A program made the position numbers and the translations under genes. A stretch of 64,000 nucleotides of DNA from Rhynchopus sp. YZ270_cl-10 (lineage: Eukaryota): assembly GCA_964035575.1 (NCBI GenBank), contig OZ037838.1:744001-808000 (forward strand). The letters are read 5' to 3'. How positions within the stretch are numbered: position 1 is the stretch's first letter; the number at the start of each line of letters is the position of its first letter. This document shows positions 22,606 through 34,635 of the stretch, in pieces. A model generated the notes under the pieces. That model was not told the origin of the DNA, made no database searches, and saw only the letters and a program-made list of their open reading frames with translations.

Positions 22606-23713
22606 GTGGAGGCAGTGTGGAGACAGCGTGGAGACAGCGTGGAGGCAGTGTGGAGACAGCGTGGAGGCAGCGTAGAGACAGCGTGGGGGAAGCGTGGAGA
22701 CAGTGTGGAGACAGCGTGGAGGCAGCGTGGAGACAGCGTGGAGACAGCGTGGAGACAGCGTGGAGACAGTGTGGAGACAGCGTGGAGGCAGCGTGGAGAC
22801 AGTGTGGAGACAGCGTGGAGACAGTGTGGAGACAGTGTGGAGACAGCGTGGGGGAAGCGTGGAGACAGCGTGGAGGCAGCGTGGAGACAGCGTGGAGACA
22901 GTGTGGAGACAGCGTGGAGACAGGTGGAGACAGTGTGGAGGCAGCGTGGGGGAAGCGTGGAGACAGTGTGGAGACAGCGTGGAGACAGGTGGAGACAGTG
23001 TGGAGGCAGCGTGGGGGAAGCGTGGAGACAGTGTGGAGACAGCGTGGAGGCAGCGTGGAGACAGTGTGGAGACAGTGTGGAGACAGCGTGGAGACAGGTG
23101 GAGACAGTGTGGAGGCAGCGTGGGGGAAGCGTGGAGACAGTGTGGAGACAGCGTGGAGGCAGCGTGGAGACAGTGTGGAGACAGTGTGGAGACAGCGTGG
23201 GGGAAGCGTGGAGACAGTGTGGAGACAGCGTGGAGGCAGCGTGGAGACAGCGTGGAGACAGCGTGGAGGCAGCGTGGAGACAGTGTGGAGGCAGCGTGGA
23301 GACAGTGTGGAGACAGTGTGGAGACAGCGTGGAGGCAGCGTGGAGACAGCGTGGAGACAGCGTGGAGGCAGCGTGGAGACAGTGTGGAGGCAGCGTGGAG
23401 ACAGTGTGGAGACAGTGTGGAGACAGTGTGGAGACAGCGTGGGGGAAGCGTGGAGACAGTGTGGAGACAGCGTGGAGGCAGCGTGGAGACAGCGTGGAGA
23501 CAGTGTGGAGACAGCGTGGAGGCAGCGTGGAGACAGCGTGGAGACAGTGTGGAGACAGCGTGGGGGAAGCGTGGAGACAGCGTGGAGACAGCGTGGGGGA
23601 AGCGTGGAGACAGTGTGGAGGCAGCGTGGAGACAGCGTGGAGACAGCGTGGAGACAGTGTGGAGGCAGCGTGGAGACAGTGTGGAGACAGCGTGGAGACA
23701 GCGTGGAGACAGT
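22606..23713. repeat. Minisatellite with 11-bp unit GTGGAG(A/G)CAG(C/T), about 100 units, with a recurring GTGGGGGAAGC variant
   Basis: 1.1-kb tandem array of interspersed unit variants. Confidence 0.97.
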
Positions 23714-24242
23714 GGGAGATCTGAGATAGATAGAGAGTACCTAAAGGACCCGCGAGGGGCGAACAGCAATGAGAAATGATGAAAACGGAGAGGAGGGGAG
23801 GGGGATACTTTTATCTCGAAATAGGCGCTACGATGAGGGGGGCGAATGTGGAAGCCGAAACAACCCAAAACAAAATCCAACAAAAAATCTGATGAAGATG
23901 GTGTGGTGATTTGGTGAGGGTAGAGACTGAAACATAAACGGACCCCGGCCAACCAGGACAAAGCCTGAGGAAAATCAAATAAATATTCTGCCAAATAGCA
24001 GCATGCGTGCCATGTCAAATCAAAAGAACGGTAATCTCTATCAAAGATCTCCCAACACGCAGCGAAGCTGCTCCGCTAAAGCGTGTTTCAGAGAGATCTG
24101 AGATAGATAGAGAGTACCTAAAAGACCCGCGAGGGGCGAACAGCAATGAGAAATGATGAAAACGGAGAGGAGGGGAGGGGGATACTTTTATCTCGAAATA
24201 GGCGCTACGATGAGGGGGGCGAAGGTGGAAGCCGAAACAACC
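23714..24242. repeat. ~370-bp dispersed repeat starting GAGATCTGAGATAGA, followed by a partial tandem copy (24092-24242); diverged inverted copy at about 53433-53752
   Basis: 23716-23873 is nearly identical to 24093-24242. The reverse complement of 53433-53752 matches the whole unit. Confidence 0.88.
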
Positions 24243-24509
24243 TCCTGACACCGTCACGTAGAATATTTAAACCCGTAGGCCACGAGAGCATCCATCCCAA
24301 CTACAAACAAAAACACAGGGCCCCCGGGGGCCCAGAAAAAAGCGGAGTGAACAAAAAACCAATGATACGACACCAAGCCTCAACGGGCGCAGGCATCCAG
24401 AAATAAAACCAAAAGCCACCGTAAAAAACAGCGGACAAAAAACAGGGCAGGGAAACAGCTTTAATGAAAAGCTTGATGAAAACAGAAGGTAATCTAAAAT
24501 AGGAATAAT

Positions 24510-25985
24510 CTAAGGACAGCTATCGTCCGTCCACACAAAACCGCCACCGTCGACCACCACGCCGTCCGACGGGGGGTCGGCCCAGTCCTGTCCAGCGGTA
24601 CCCCAGCGCGACAGCTCGTCCGCCGGCATACGGTCCGTCGCGATCCAGCACGACAACATGCCCGCACCCGACCCGTCCGTGACCCGAAACAGGCCCTCCA
24701 GGACTGTTCCCCAACTTGACCGCACAGTGGCCCTTCTCCAGCACAGCAACCACCGCGGCGTTGTCCCCCACCACCAGAATCCTGCGGGCGCCACCACTTA
24801 CAGCATGCAGCACGCCCCAGGCCATCGCCCGTAACTCCAAAAGGAAAATGTCCTCGACCGTGGACCACGTGCCCCACTTCCTGAAAGCGCGCCCGCCAGC
24901 AAGCGTCCTCACAATAAACCCCCACCCCTCGGGGCACGCGTCCGAGTACACCACCGCGTCACACCCCTCCTCCGGAGACAGCTTCCACCTGGGGACGCGC
25001 ACATCCGGCACCAATCGCCGCTCCACAAACACACGCAAGTCCGTCCGCATGCCCGCAGAGATCTGCACCTGGTCGTCCCAGTCAATCGCGCCCGCAGACA
25101 CCTCGGCGCCCCGCGCACGAATCCACGCCAACATGTCCGGCACCCCGCAGAACCGGTCCCCCATCGCATACGTCGCCCAGATGACGGCCCCGATACCTTT
25201 CCACACGTCGCGCAGCGAGGGACCCGACGCCGACAGCAATGCGTCCATCACGACACGGGCCTTCCGACGCCACTCCCCCGGCAGCCGCATTCTGCGCCCC
25301 CGCAAATCCCACTCAATCCCTGCGTACACACACACCTGTACCGGAGTGAGCGTCTACTTTTCGCGGTTCACCTCAGCGCCAACCTCGTCCGCTCTGCGCA
25401 GGAATCCCCGAAGCCGCGCAGACGCCTGATCCGCCGACTTCCCCAAAATGAGGTTGTCGTCTATCCACGCAGCAGCACACACACCCGCCATATCCCCGAG
25501 CAGCCCCAGTGACGTCTCCTGCGCAATCACCGCCGCCCACGACCACCCCATCGCCATGCGGGTAAGCTGCATGCGACGCGCACCCTGCCGCACACCAAAA
25601 AACTGACCCACCTCCGCGGACAAGGGGAATTGCCAAAAGAACCCTTTAAAGTCCGCCACGACCGCATGCGTGGCGCCTCCGCGGAGGATGAGCTCCGACA
25701 GCTCGTAGGGTGTAGGGAGGCTGAACTTCGGCGGGGAGTGCATCGCCGAGTTCAGCGGCCGTGCGTCAACGATGAGACGCATTGTGCCATTTGTCTTGGC
25801 AAGCGGAAACACAGACAGCCCACACACCGACGGGAAAGCTCGCTTCTCCGTGCGCAAAACCCCACTACTCACGCACGCCGCCAACATGCGTCCTGGAGCT
25901 TGGAGGGCGGGCCCGGCATCGACACCCCAGACCCCGTCAGCTGCGCACGGAAAGTCGCAATGTCGTCAAGCATTGCGAACAAACT
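24510..25985 (-). pseudogene. Reverse transcriptase - RNase H of the YR retroelement (disrupted)
   Basis: RT motifs: KTNGTMRLIVDARPLN, ADFKGFFWQFPL, RMAMGWSWA, WIDDNLILG. In-frame TAG at 25354-25356, then YAGIEWD. RNase H motifs: VYSDAC, IFLLELRA, VGDNAAV and, after a frameshift near 24710, WIATDRMPADELSR. Another frameshift near 25885. Confidence 0.9.
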
Positions 25986-26967
25986 GGCCTTCGCTGGTAC
26001 CAGTGGTGCGCCTGCAGGACGTCCAGCGTCGAGCGTGCCTTCCTGCGAGCCTCGGGCGCCGTACGCATGAGGTAACGCACCGTCGTTCTGGACGACGCGT
26101 GGCGCAACGCGTCCCGCAGTCCGTCCACGCTCATCCCCCAGGATTGCAGGGCCTGAGCTGACCCCCTGCGCAGCGAGTGCGCCCAGGACCCTGCCGGTAG
26201 AGCCCACACATGAGGCGCTGGTACTGCGTCTCGGTCGCTGCAAACAACGGCGCGTCCTGTCCTTCCGCCAAGCGACGCGCGCGCGCACATTCCACCACGT
26301 ACTGGGTAAGCGTCCCGGGTGGCAAATACACCACGGGTGTCCAGCTCTTCTGCTGCTTCTCCTTCAGGGCGATTTCCAGTCCCGTCGCGCCCTCGTCTGT
26401 CACCTCCACCAGGTCGCGCACCAGCAGGTATCGTGCGTCCGCCATACGCGCCCGTGCCATCCACACCAAGGCCACAAACGCCCGTTCGCGCTCGGCCCCC
26501 TCGCGACCGAAGGCCTCGACCACGTCCATCACCGCGTCCACGTCTACCGGCGGCGCCTGACTCGGCCTCAGCAACGCCCCGAAACGCGTCAGCGCGCGCT
26601 TCACCGCCAGCACCCGGCGCGTGCGGTACCCCGTCTCCCCCTCGGCCGCCAGTGCCTTCAGCAGCCGCCCGCAGTAGTCGGCCACGGAGAGGGACGACAC
26701 TCCGCGCAGGCGACCCCAGACGAACCGAATCAACGTCTGGTCGGGAGGCGTGGTCTCCCCTTCGGCGAACTGCCGGAACGCTCGGAGCAGCCAGTCGCGG
26801 GTGCCTGCTGCTCGGGGCCCCACGTCGAAAGTGTGCGCTTGGTCAAGATGGGCCAAAGCGCGCGCGGCCTGCTTGCCGTCGCGGAGGCGGAACACGCAGT
26901 CATCAACCTCCTTCCTCCTCGCCACCCCGAGTCCCTTCTTCGGCTTGCGCAGGGCCTGCAGCAGCAT
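25937..26967 (-). pseudogene. Tyrosine recombinase of the retroelement (one frameshift near 26185)
   Basis: Catalytic set split across two frames: ARMADA (R), then AHSLRRG (HxxR), LRHAS (H) and TTVRY (Y). Confidence 0.88.
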
Positions 26968-27125
26968 TTCGGAAGAAAACTCGGCGGATGTGTGTTTTGG
27001 CGGGGAGGGCCGTGGGGGGGGGGGAAGAAAAAACAAGAGGGGGGGGAGGGTGGTGGGAGGGTGGTGGGAGGGTGGTGGGAGGGTGGTGGGAGGGAGAGCG
27101 TAACGCGCGCTACCGCCTGCTCTCG

Positions 27126-29579
27126 TCACTTGCGCTGACCACCGCGCCACTGCCCTCCCCCGCCTCGGCCTCTGCCACCACCGTTTCCCGGCGCGTACGG
27201 CTGCGCGGCCTGCCCCCCCCCCCCCCCTAGGGGATACGACTCCAGCCATTTTGGCTGGGACCAAACGCACGGAAAATTCATTTGGCATTATCTGGTCATC
27301 TCCAAGGCAACTGCGGGTGAAAAACACCCTCAGAGTGGGTCACAGGGGGCCTGTGGGTCGAAAAACGACCCAGAAGCCACCCCAGAATACAAAAAAATGG
27401 AAAAAAATAGTGAAAAAACGGCTTTTTTCACGTTTTGGCCACTTTGGGCAAAATAGCGATTTTTCGAGAAAAAAATCAAAAACCGGGATATTTTTTGACA
27501 TCACAAAGCCTCCTTTGGCACAAATATACCCCAAAAGTGGCCTGTGAGTCCATTCCAACCTGTTTTGGACATATTTGACACTTTTGGAAGTGTTTTTTTG
27601 GTGTTTTTAGGTCAAAAAAATGCCCAAGACGTCCCCAAACATCCCCAAGACACTTTGCACACCCCCTGTTACGGTCATATTTTTTTCGTTTTTTTGCCTG
27701 AAACCCCCAAAATACCCCTCCCGGACCCCACATAGTCCCGAATATCCATCACACACCCACTCAGAGTGAGTAGAAGCACCCCAAAAAAAAATATTTTTTA
27801 AAGCCCTAAAATTGTGCTTCAGTTTCGGCAGCATCCATGTTGAAGTTGAAGGGCTTTAAAAAATATTTTTTTTGGGGTGCTTCTACTCACTCTGAGTGGG
27901 TGTGTGATGGATATTCGGGACTATGTGGGGTCCGGGAGGGGTATTTTGGGGGTTTCAGGCAAAAAAGCGAAAAAAATATGACCGTAACAGGGGGTGTGCA
28001 AAGTGTCTTGGGGATGTCTTGGGGACGTCTTGGGCATTTTTTTGACCTAAAAACACCAAAAAAACACTTCCAAAAGTGTCAAATATGTCCAAAACAGGTT
28101 GGAATGGACTCACAGGCCACTTTTGGGGTATATTTGTGCCAAAGGAGGCTTTGTGATGTCAAAAAATATCCCGGTTTTTGATTTTTTTCTCGAAAAATCG
28201 CTATTTTGCCCAAAGTGGCCAAAACGTGAAAAAAGCCGTTTTTTCACTATTTTTTTCCATTTTTTTGTATTCTGGGGTGGCTTCTGGGTCGTTTTTCGAC
28301 CCACAGGCCCCCTGTGACCCACTCTGAGGGTGTTTTTCACCCGCAGTTGCCTTGGAGATGACCAGATAATGCCAAATGAATTTTCCGTGCGCAAAAAATG
28401 GCTGGAGTCGTACCCCCTACCCCCCCCCCCCCCCGTTTCCCCCCCCCCCCCCCCCGTACGACTGTCCGGCCCGGCCACCCCCGTGTCCGGATTTAGCACC
28501 ACGTCCTGCTGCGTGAGCCGCCGCCACAGCTGCTTGACGGTCTTTTGGCACGACATCAGAGGTCCAGACTTTGTCGCGGAAGGCGACTGCACCCGACCTC
28601 CCACAACTCGCCCTCAGCTGCCAGAAGGAGATACTGTCATCGAGCTTTCTCAGCACCGCCTCCAAGGGAGCGTTCTGCAGCAACAGACCCACCACCTCAA
28701 CGGCGAAGCGGGCCCCGTCCTGCGCGTCGCCGGCCTCGGTAGGCAGGCGCCTCTTCAGGGCTTGCACCAGAGCGTCGGCGCAGTGGTCGGCGTCTGCGCA
28801 GAAGTCCACCCAGTGCCTCGGGTTGCGTGCCACCACGTCCACGTCCGTCCCCATAACCGGTTGCTCCACCTGCATAGGCGCCGCCCCGGTGCCGATCGCC
28901 GCCCGCAGCTGCGCCAGGAAGTCAGACGCTGCTGCTGCCGGAGGAGGCGCTCCACCGTCCCTGACCGCGTTGAGCTGCTGGCACAGGAGCTCGTGCCGCG
29001 CGTCCCCCTCCCGCTTCGCCGCCAACTCCATCATCGCAGCCTCCAGCTGCGCGATCCGCGCGTTGTCCGCCGTAGCCGGCTGCGGCTGCTGCTCGCGCGG
29101 GATGGACGCCTCCGGGCTGTCCGCACGGGGAGGCAGGGCCGGCGTCTCGGCGGTGCTGGTGGGGGGGCGGGATCCGCTGAGGCGGGACCGGGTCTCGGGT
29201 CCCCCAGCACCATGGACAGCACCGTGAGGGTGCCGACCAGCCGCGTGAGGGACATGCGTTGGCCCTCTGCGAACATCGCGCTGTTCGCCTCCGTCACCTC
29301 CGCCTTGAGGAGGACGAGGATGGCGGACACAATCGCCAACCGCGTCACCTGCCCTGGCCCCTGGACGCCGGTGTGGCGGGCGACCTCCTTATCCAGGGCC
29401 CGCATCGTCCGCGCCAGATCCGCGAACTGGATCTTGCGCCCCACCAGCGCAGCGGAGCCGTCTTCCACGCCCAGCGCACGCAGGGCCGCATCCGCAGGCG
29501 ACCAGTCGTGCTGGCTCGTCGTCTGCGCCTCGAACGCCGCCAACAGCGTAGCACAATCGGTGATGTGTGCTGTGGCCAT
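27126..29579 (-). pseudogene. gag-like ORF1 of the retroelement, frameshifted near 29165 and interrupted by the foldback element
   Basis: ORFs 29579-29031 and 29034-28417 join through a shift at a homopolymer run. Past the insertion a Gly/Arg-rich tail (QAAQPYAPGNGGGRGRGGGGQWRGGQRK*) ends at 27126. The gag identity is inferred from position only. Confidence 0.6.
27228..28419. mobile_element. Foldback element, about 1.19 kb, near-perfect palindrome with TAGGGG...CCCCTA ends
   Basis: Arms about 27228-27807 and 27850-28419 are reverse complements around a ~42-bp spacer. Ends are TAGGGGATACGACTCCAGCCATTTT and AAAATGGCTGGAGTCGTACCCCCTA. C-runs flank both sides. Confidence 0.93.
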
Positions 29580-29984
29580 GGTGTCGAGGGGTGCACTGGG
29601 TGAAGAAGGCGGTGTCGAAGTGTAGTGGTCCTCGGCGCAGGCTGCACACTAGCGAGACGTCTTGGTGGCTTAGTCGGGGTCGAGAAGATGGAAGCGAGGC
29701 GAAGAATCGTGTGTGGGGGAACAAAAAGATGAAGCTCCTCTGGTTCCTCTGGTTTACGAAATCGTAGGCACTCCTGAGCAAAAATGAAGTCGGTTTTTGA
29801 CCCAAAATCGGGGTGTGTGGGCCATATTTTGCTCCAAATTTGGCCGAAAATTGGGATTTTTCTGAAAATTTCATTGTGCCCAGCAAAAATCCTTGCTTTT
29901 TTGAAGAATTTTCCAAAAAATATGCTATACCCCCTATGACTGGACCCAACTCCCAAGGATGATAGGCCTGTATTTTTTGGTGAA

Positions 29985-30330
29985 CAAGATAAAACAATAA
30001 GCTCGCGTTTCTTTTATCGAACAGATTTTATTCTCCGCCCCGTACCCAAAACGTAAACACCACTTTGAATCAGAAAAAATATTTTCCTCTCCTTTTTTCT
30101 TCCACACGCGCTGGTTTTTGTATTTCGCTAATTTTTATCAAAAAGCTTTGTTTACCCTTGTTTGTTTACCCTTGTTTCGAGTGCGAAACGTTTCTCCATG
30201 TATTGCACGGGAAACAATATGACAAACAGGTGCAGGGTGGTTCCGTGCTTATCATAGAACCTGGCACCTTGTGTGTCTCCCAAAAACCAAAAAAGCGTTG
30301 TGTGTGTAGTTTTGAAGGAAGGAAAAATAA
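29985..30330. repeat. Dispersed repeat; second copy split as about 42919-43080 plus 43535-43690
   Basis: Shared aagataaaacaataagc...atcaaaaagc and tttcgagtgc...acaatatgacaaacaggtgcagggt...tttgaaggaagga. The second copy has about 450 extra bp in the middle. Confidence 0.85.
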
Positions 30331-30689
30331 AATATTTTTTGAATGGTATTTTTTGGTATTTTTTGGTATTTTTTGAGCTGAGATTTTCAAAAAATACCAA
30401 AAAATACGAGGGTCAACCGCTGTACTACATGCAGTGACTTGCAGTCACTGAATGTGATGCTCATTGTCCAAACACCGGGGAAAAATATTTTTTGGTCACA
30501 AAAATGCTCGAAAAACTCATTACTCTTTGCTTGTTGCTGAAAAAAAAACCCCAACAAATCAGGCCAGTGTCTTAATAACACGAGGGAGGTATGCTGCCTG
30601 TATACCCTGCGTGGAAAAACGGGAAGACAGCGGGGAATGTTTAAAGCTCTACAGGGCAGTTACAAGGAGGGAAGGGGAGCGTTTGTAGC

Positions 30690-30987
30690 TCACAAGCACC
30701 CCAAACCCTAGCCTCTCTGTCCACAGCACACAGCTCTTCCTCTGAGTTCCATTTGTGCCTCAACATGGTGCTGAGCGCATCTTCAGTACGATGGGTGGAT
30801 GAGCGAGAAGAGGCGCAACCGGCTAGTTGCACCAAAGCTGCACAAGCTTGTGGTCGTAGCGCGCAGTTTGCGCGAGAGCAAGCCGCCACAAGAGAATGGT
30901 TGGTGGGATGAGGAGAAGCTGGTGCAGGAGGAGAAGGAGCGTGCGGGAGCTATTGACTGCGACGCGACAGCTGAGGTCCGAGGTTGA
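30690..30987 (+). pseudogene. hAT transposase C-terminal dimerisation-domain remnant
   Basis: Reading across frameshifts gives LSSICAS..HGAERIFSTM(G)WMSEKRRNRLVAPKLHKLVVV, which fits the hATC pattern S..ER.FS.......R.RL....L..L. Confidence 0.75.
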
Positions 30988-32925
30988 TGATCCGAGCACC
31001 ATGACTCTGACACCAGTGAAGGCTTTTGGGACTAAACGCATACAACCTTGTCCGTACCCATTTTCCCACACATGTCACCACCCCCTTGTGACTTGCCTGT
31101 AACAGTGTAAACGTTTCCCTCCCAACGCAAACCCGTTCAGTGTATCGTGAACCACTGCAGTGACCCACTCACGCTCGACCCCTCCTTGTAACTTGCCTGT
31201 TAGCTTGTAAACATTTCGCTTTCTCCTACCCTTGTGCTGAGGAAAACCAAAAAAAACATGCTCAGAAGTACCTGCAAACCAAAAAATACCACACGTTTTT
31301 GGTATTTTATGGTATTTTTTGGTATTTTTTGAATCGAAAATTTGGGGGCCGGTATTTTATCATCCTTGCCAACTCCCCTCACCCTTTTTTCACCCAAAAA
31401 GGGCCGGAAATTTTACACACTAATACACAAACTTACGGACCCCCCTTCGCGTCTTTTTTGCAGGGGTGGGCGGGCACCCGGGGGTTTTTTCCATTTTTTT
31501 TTGGATCGGGCACCCGGGTTTTTTCTAAGGATTTTTACAGGCGATTTTTGGGTTTTTCTGAGAACACGCTGCTCCCCTGCCGAAACATGTTCTCGTTTTC
31601 CCCTTTTCGGGGGGGGGTTTTTGGGCCTTTTTCGGGATTTCTGAGCTTTCCCGCAAACTTTCACCCTCACTGTAACGGGGTCATTTCGAAAAAAATGGAC
31701 AAGTTCTTGGCTGATGCACGTTTTTGGTCATTACCACCAGCGAGTTGCTTCACTTCAGGGTTAAATGGAACTATGATTCTAAGCCCACTGTAACGTGAAC
31801 CGCGCCTCGAAATTCAAGAAGGGGTCCCAAACCCGGGTGCGCTACGCGTTACGTGCACCCCGAATGTTCCGGGATGAACATAAAACGGCGCCGCAGGCAA
31901 AAAAAAATTAGGGTACAGTATAAAAAATGCAGGTTTTACACCACAAAGCCACTCAGCGAATCCTTTTTTGCAGAGCAAAAAAGGTAAAATGGTGCCGCAG
32001 GCAAAAAAAATTATGGTGCAGCCCTGAGCGGCGCGGAATTATTTTCCTTTTTCGTTCCTCAGTGCCGTCAGGGCCTGCCCAGTGCGTCAACGCACTTTGC
32101 TACCACCGTGGTGGTGAGCACTTGCAGCACTGCAAGAAGACTGCTCGTCACCTCCTGCGACTGCACACCCCTCGTCTCCCCCTTGGAGTTGAAGGACCAG
32201 AAGGTTCCCTCGACGTTTGCAGTCACACGCACCGTACTGTATTATTATTTATTCTGTTGTGCGGGAGGCGAAAGGGAGACACGTCGACGAGATCGAAGAA
32301 AGCGGGGTGGTGACTTTTTTTTGTTCATTATGGCTTGGTACCGCACTCCCCCGGGCAGAGTGCGAGCTATTCTCAGCTACACGGGGCCCCAGCCCGGCCC
32401 CCCAGACTTTTTCCCCTAAGAAAAATCCTTAGGAAAAAAATATTTTCCCCCGTATAAAATCCTTAGAAAAAATAAAATAAAATTTAAATTGGGCACCCGG
32501 CACCCGGTATAGGCCCAGGCCTGCTTTTTTGTGTGATTTTTTATGCCCTTTTTCCGGGTATTTGCGCTTTGCGCCCGCCTCCATGACAAATTTGGGAAGC
32601 GCTGTGAAAATTTGACCCAATTGAACACAATCTGGGTCATATCTGGGTGATGGGTGGAGGGATTTTAGACAATATCCACACCCCCGATCAACTAATCATA
32701 AAGGGTGCGAGTTGACCTCCGTAACCCTCTCGCGGAGACGAGAGCGAGGTCGATGTCGCCATACGCCGGGACGTCACGGTCTCATCCACACAAACTATTT
32801 TTTTTTTTTTCGGGCTCCTCTGAGCCGCTGTGGACACCAAAAACGCAGTGGAGAAGGCGGGAAAAAAATAAAGTTCGCCCGAATCTGGGCGAACTTTACG
32901 GCGATGACATTTAGAGAAAGGCATG

Positions 32926-33436
32926 TGACAACACGATTTCACTTTATTTTAATAAGTGGTGGTTTCACGGGGTTGCACCACTGGGGCTTGGAGGGGGAGG
33001 GTGGAATCCGTGCGCACATGTTGGGAGGAAAAGCTACTTGTGTCTCTTTGTATCAAAGTTTAGTGTTGCATTGAACCATAGTACCATAGTACCGTAGTAC
33101 CATAGTACCATAGTACCATAGTACCATAGTACCATAGTACCATAGTACCATAGTACCATAGTACCATAGTACCATAGTACCATAGTACCATAGTACCATA
33201 GTACCATAGTACCATAGTACCATAGTACCATAGTACCATAGTACCATAGTACCATAGTACCATAGTACCATAGTACCATAGTACCATAGTACCATAGTAC
33301 CATAGTACCATAGTACCATAGTACCATAGTACCATAGTACCATAGTACCATAGTACCATAGTACCATAGTACCATAGTACCATTGTACCAGTGAAATCAC
33401 CACTAAAAAAACAAAAAAAGTGAAATCGTGTTGTCA
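32926..33436. repeat. Minisatellite (GTACCATA)n, about 38 copies (33076-33383), enclosed by ~45-bp imperfect inverted repeats
   Basis: TGACAACACGATTTCACTTT...AGTGGTGGTTTCAC on the left and GTGAAATCACCACT...AAAGTGAAATCGTGTTGTCA on the right. Confidence 0.9.
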
Positions 33437-34635
33437 TCGTGCGTCATCGTGCACAATCATGTGTCATCGCCCCCTACCCCGTAGCCCAGGAAACGCTGCA
33501 CGCGGAAAGGTCTTTTTTGGTTAATAGCGCCGAAAAAACGGCAACGAGGTATGTGGTCATGAGAGCGAGACTGGGGAAACACAACACAAAAAATACTGAT
33601 GAAGGTGGTGGTGAGATTTCCCCGTAACGTCCTCAACCAACCTTGCCGAAGCAAGTGGTAAGCAATACCAACAAAAGGGCACGTATCAATAGATAACTGG
33701 TACGCGCAAAAAAAATATACACAGCGAAAAAAGGGGAGGGGAAAGACTTTCTTATTCGCGACATATTTTATTCTAGAGACCCCCCTGTCGTAGCAAAGCT
33801 ACTTAAACAAGTTTACAGTATGGCAGTGTGGAGACAGCGTGGAGACAGTGCGAGTTTCTTGTGCAGAACGGGTTAGGTGACAGCATAGGTGCAGGGAAGG
33901 TGGTGTTATCTAGGACGACCACAACAGCTCAGTGTCACCCTAGGTGTGGTAACTGATGGCCGCATTTGCTTTCATCCAGATGGTTGGCATCGTACAGTGG
34001 GTCAGTCGGAGATGCCTGCATCGACAACTACAGTTTGTTTCACCTCTCTCTCGTTCTTTTTATCCTGGCGTGGTCGAGGCCACTTTGACGCTTCTTTCTT
34101 TCCTTTCATATTTTTGATTGTGCAAGCAAAGTAAGGCAATAGTGGGGATTGTCTGCATTGTAAGTCACAGCGGACGTCAGTACCCTGTGTCTCCAATACT
34201 CATCTGGCTGTTACGAGAGGAAGCGTGGAGGGCATATCAGCACACAAGCCTCAAAATGGATGCAGGGGCAGCAATGGTTTCGGGTCCACCCACGGTGTTC
34301 TGGTCACGCACCAAAAGGTACACTGCCAGGGCAAGGCATTGTATCTCGAGTCACTTCTTTTTGTGGAATGATTCTTTCCTGGAGTCGTCGGATTGATTTT
34401 CTTGCCACAATTGTGGCCAAAGTATACATGATGACATGATCGTGTTGTTGTTTGGCTAAGTGGTGAAGAAGGAACAGGTTGAGGATGTCAGGCAGTGCAG
34501 CTACCTCAGCTGCTGTGCGTTTGGAAAGTTGCAGCGTCTGTGCACAACGTCCAGCTCAGGCGAAAAGAAGAGAACGCATACCACTTGCGGGTTTGCGGAA
34601 TTTGTGGCAAGCCACAATGACTGTGTGTTTGCCAA

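Larger units (their letters stand above)
24510..29579 (-). mobile_element. Degenerate tyrosine-recombinase retrotransposon, VIPER/TATE-like gene order gag - YR - RT/RNaseH (coding span; true ends not defined)
   Basis: GC-rich block containing a gag-like ORF, a tyrosine recombinase and a DIRS-group RT-RNaseH. It has several frameshifts, one in-frame stop and a nested foldback insertion. Confidence 0.88.

Noticed and set aside
22398..24018. Long ORFs (361-514 aa) on both strands
   Set aside because: They are translations of the stop-free 11-bp minisatellite. The same applies to ORFs over the arrays at 1270, 20517, 33076, 53753, 54274, 59089 and 59749.
23714..24242. Ngaro-type split direct repeats at the retroelement 3' end
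   Set aside because: The middle segment has no match near the element's 5' end (29.6-30 kb), and the unit occurs independently near 53433-53752.
26968..27327. N-terminal extension of the 398-aa YR ORF
   Set aside because: It starts inside the foldback insertion and crosses the gag tail and spacer. The plausible start is the ATG at 26967.
28330..29625. 431-aa plus-strand ORF
   Set aside because: It is the antisense shadow of the GC-rich gag and begins within the foldback element.
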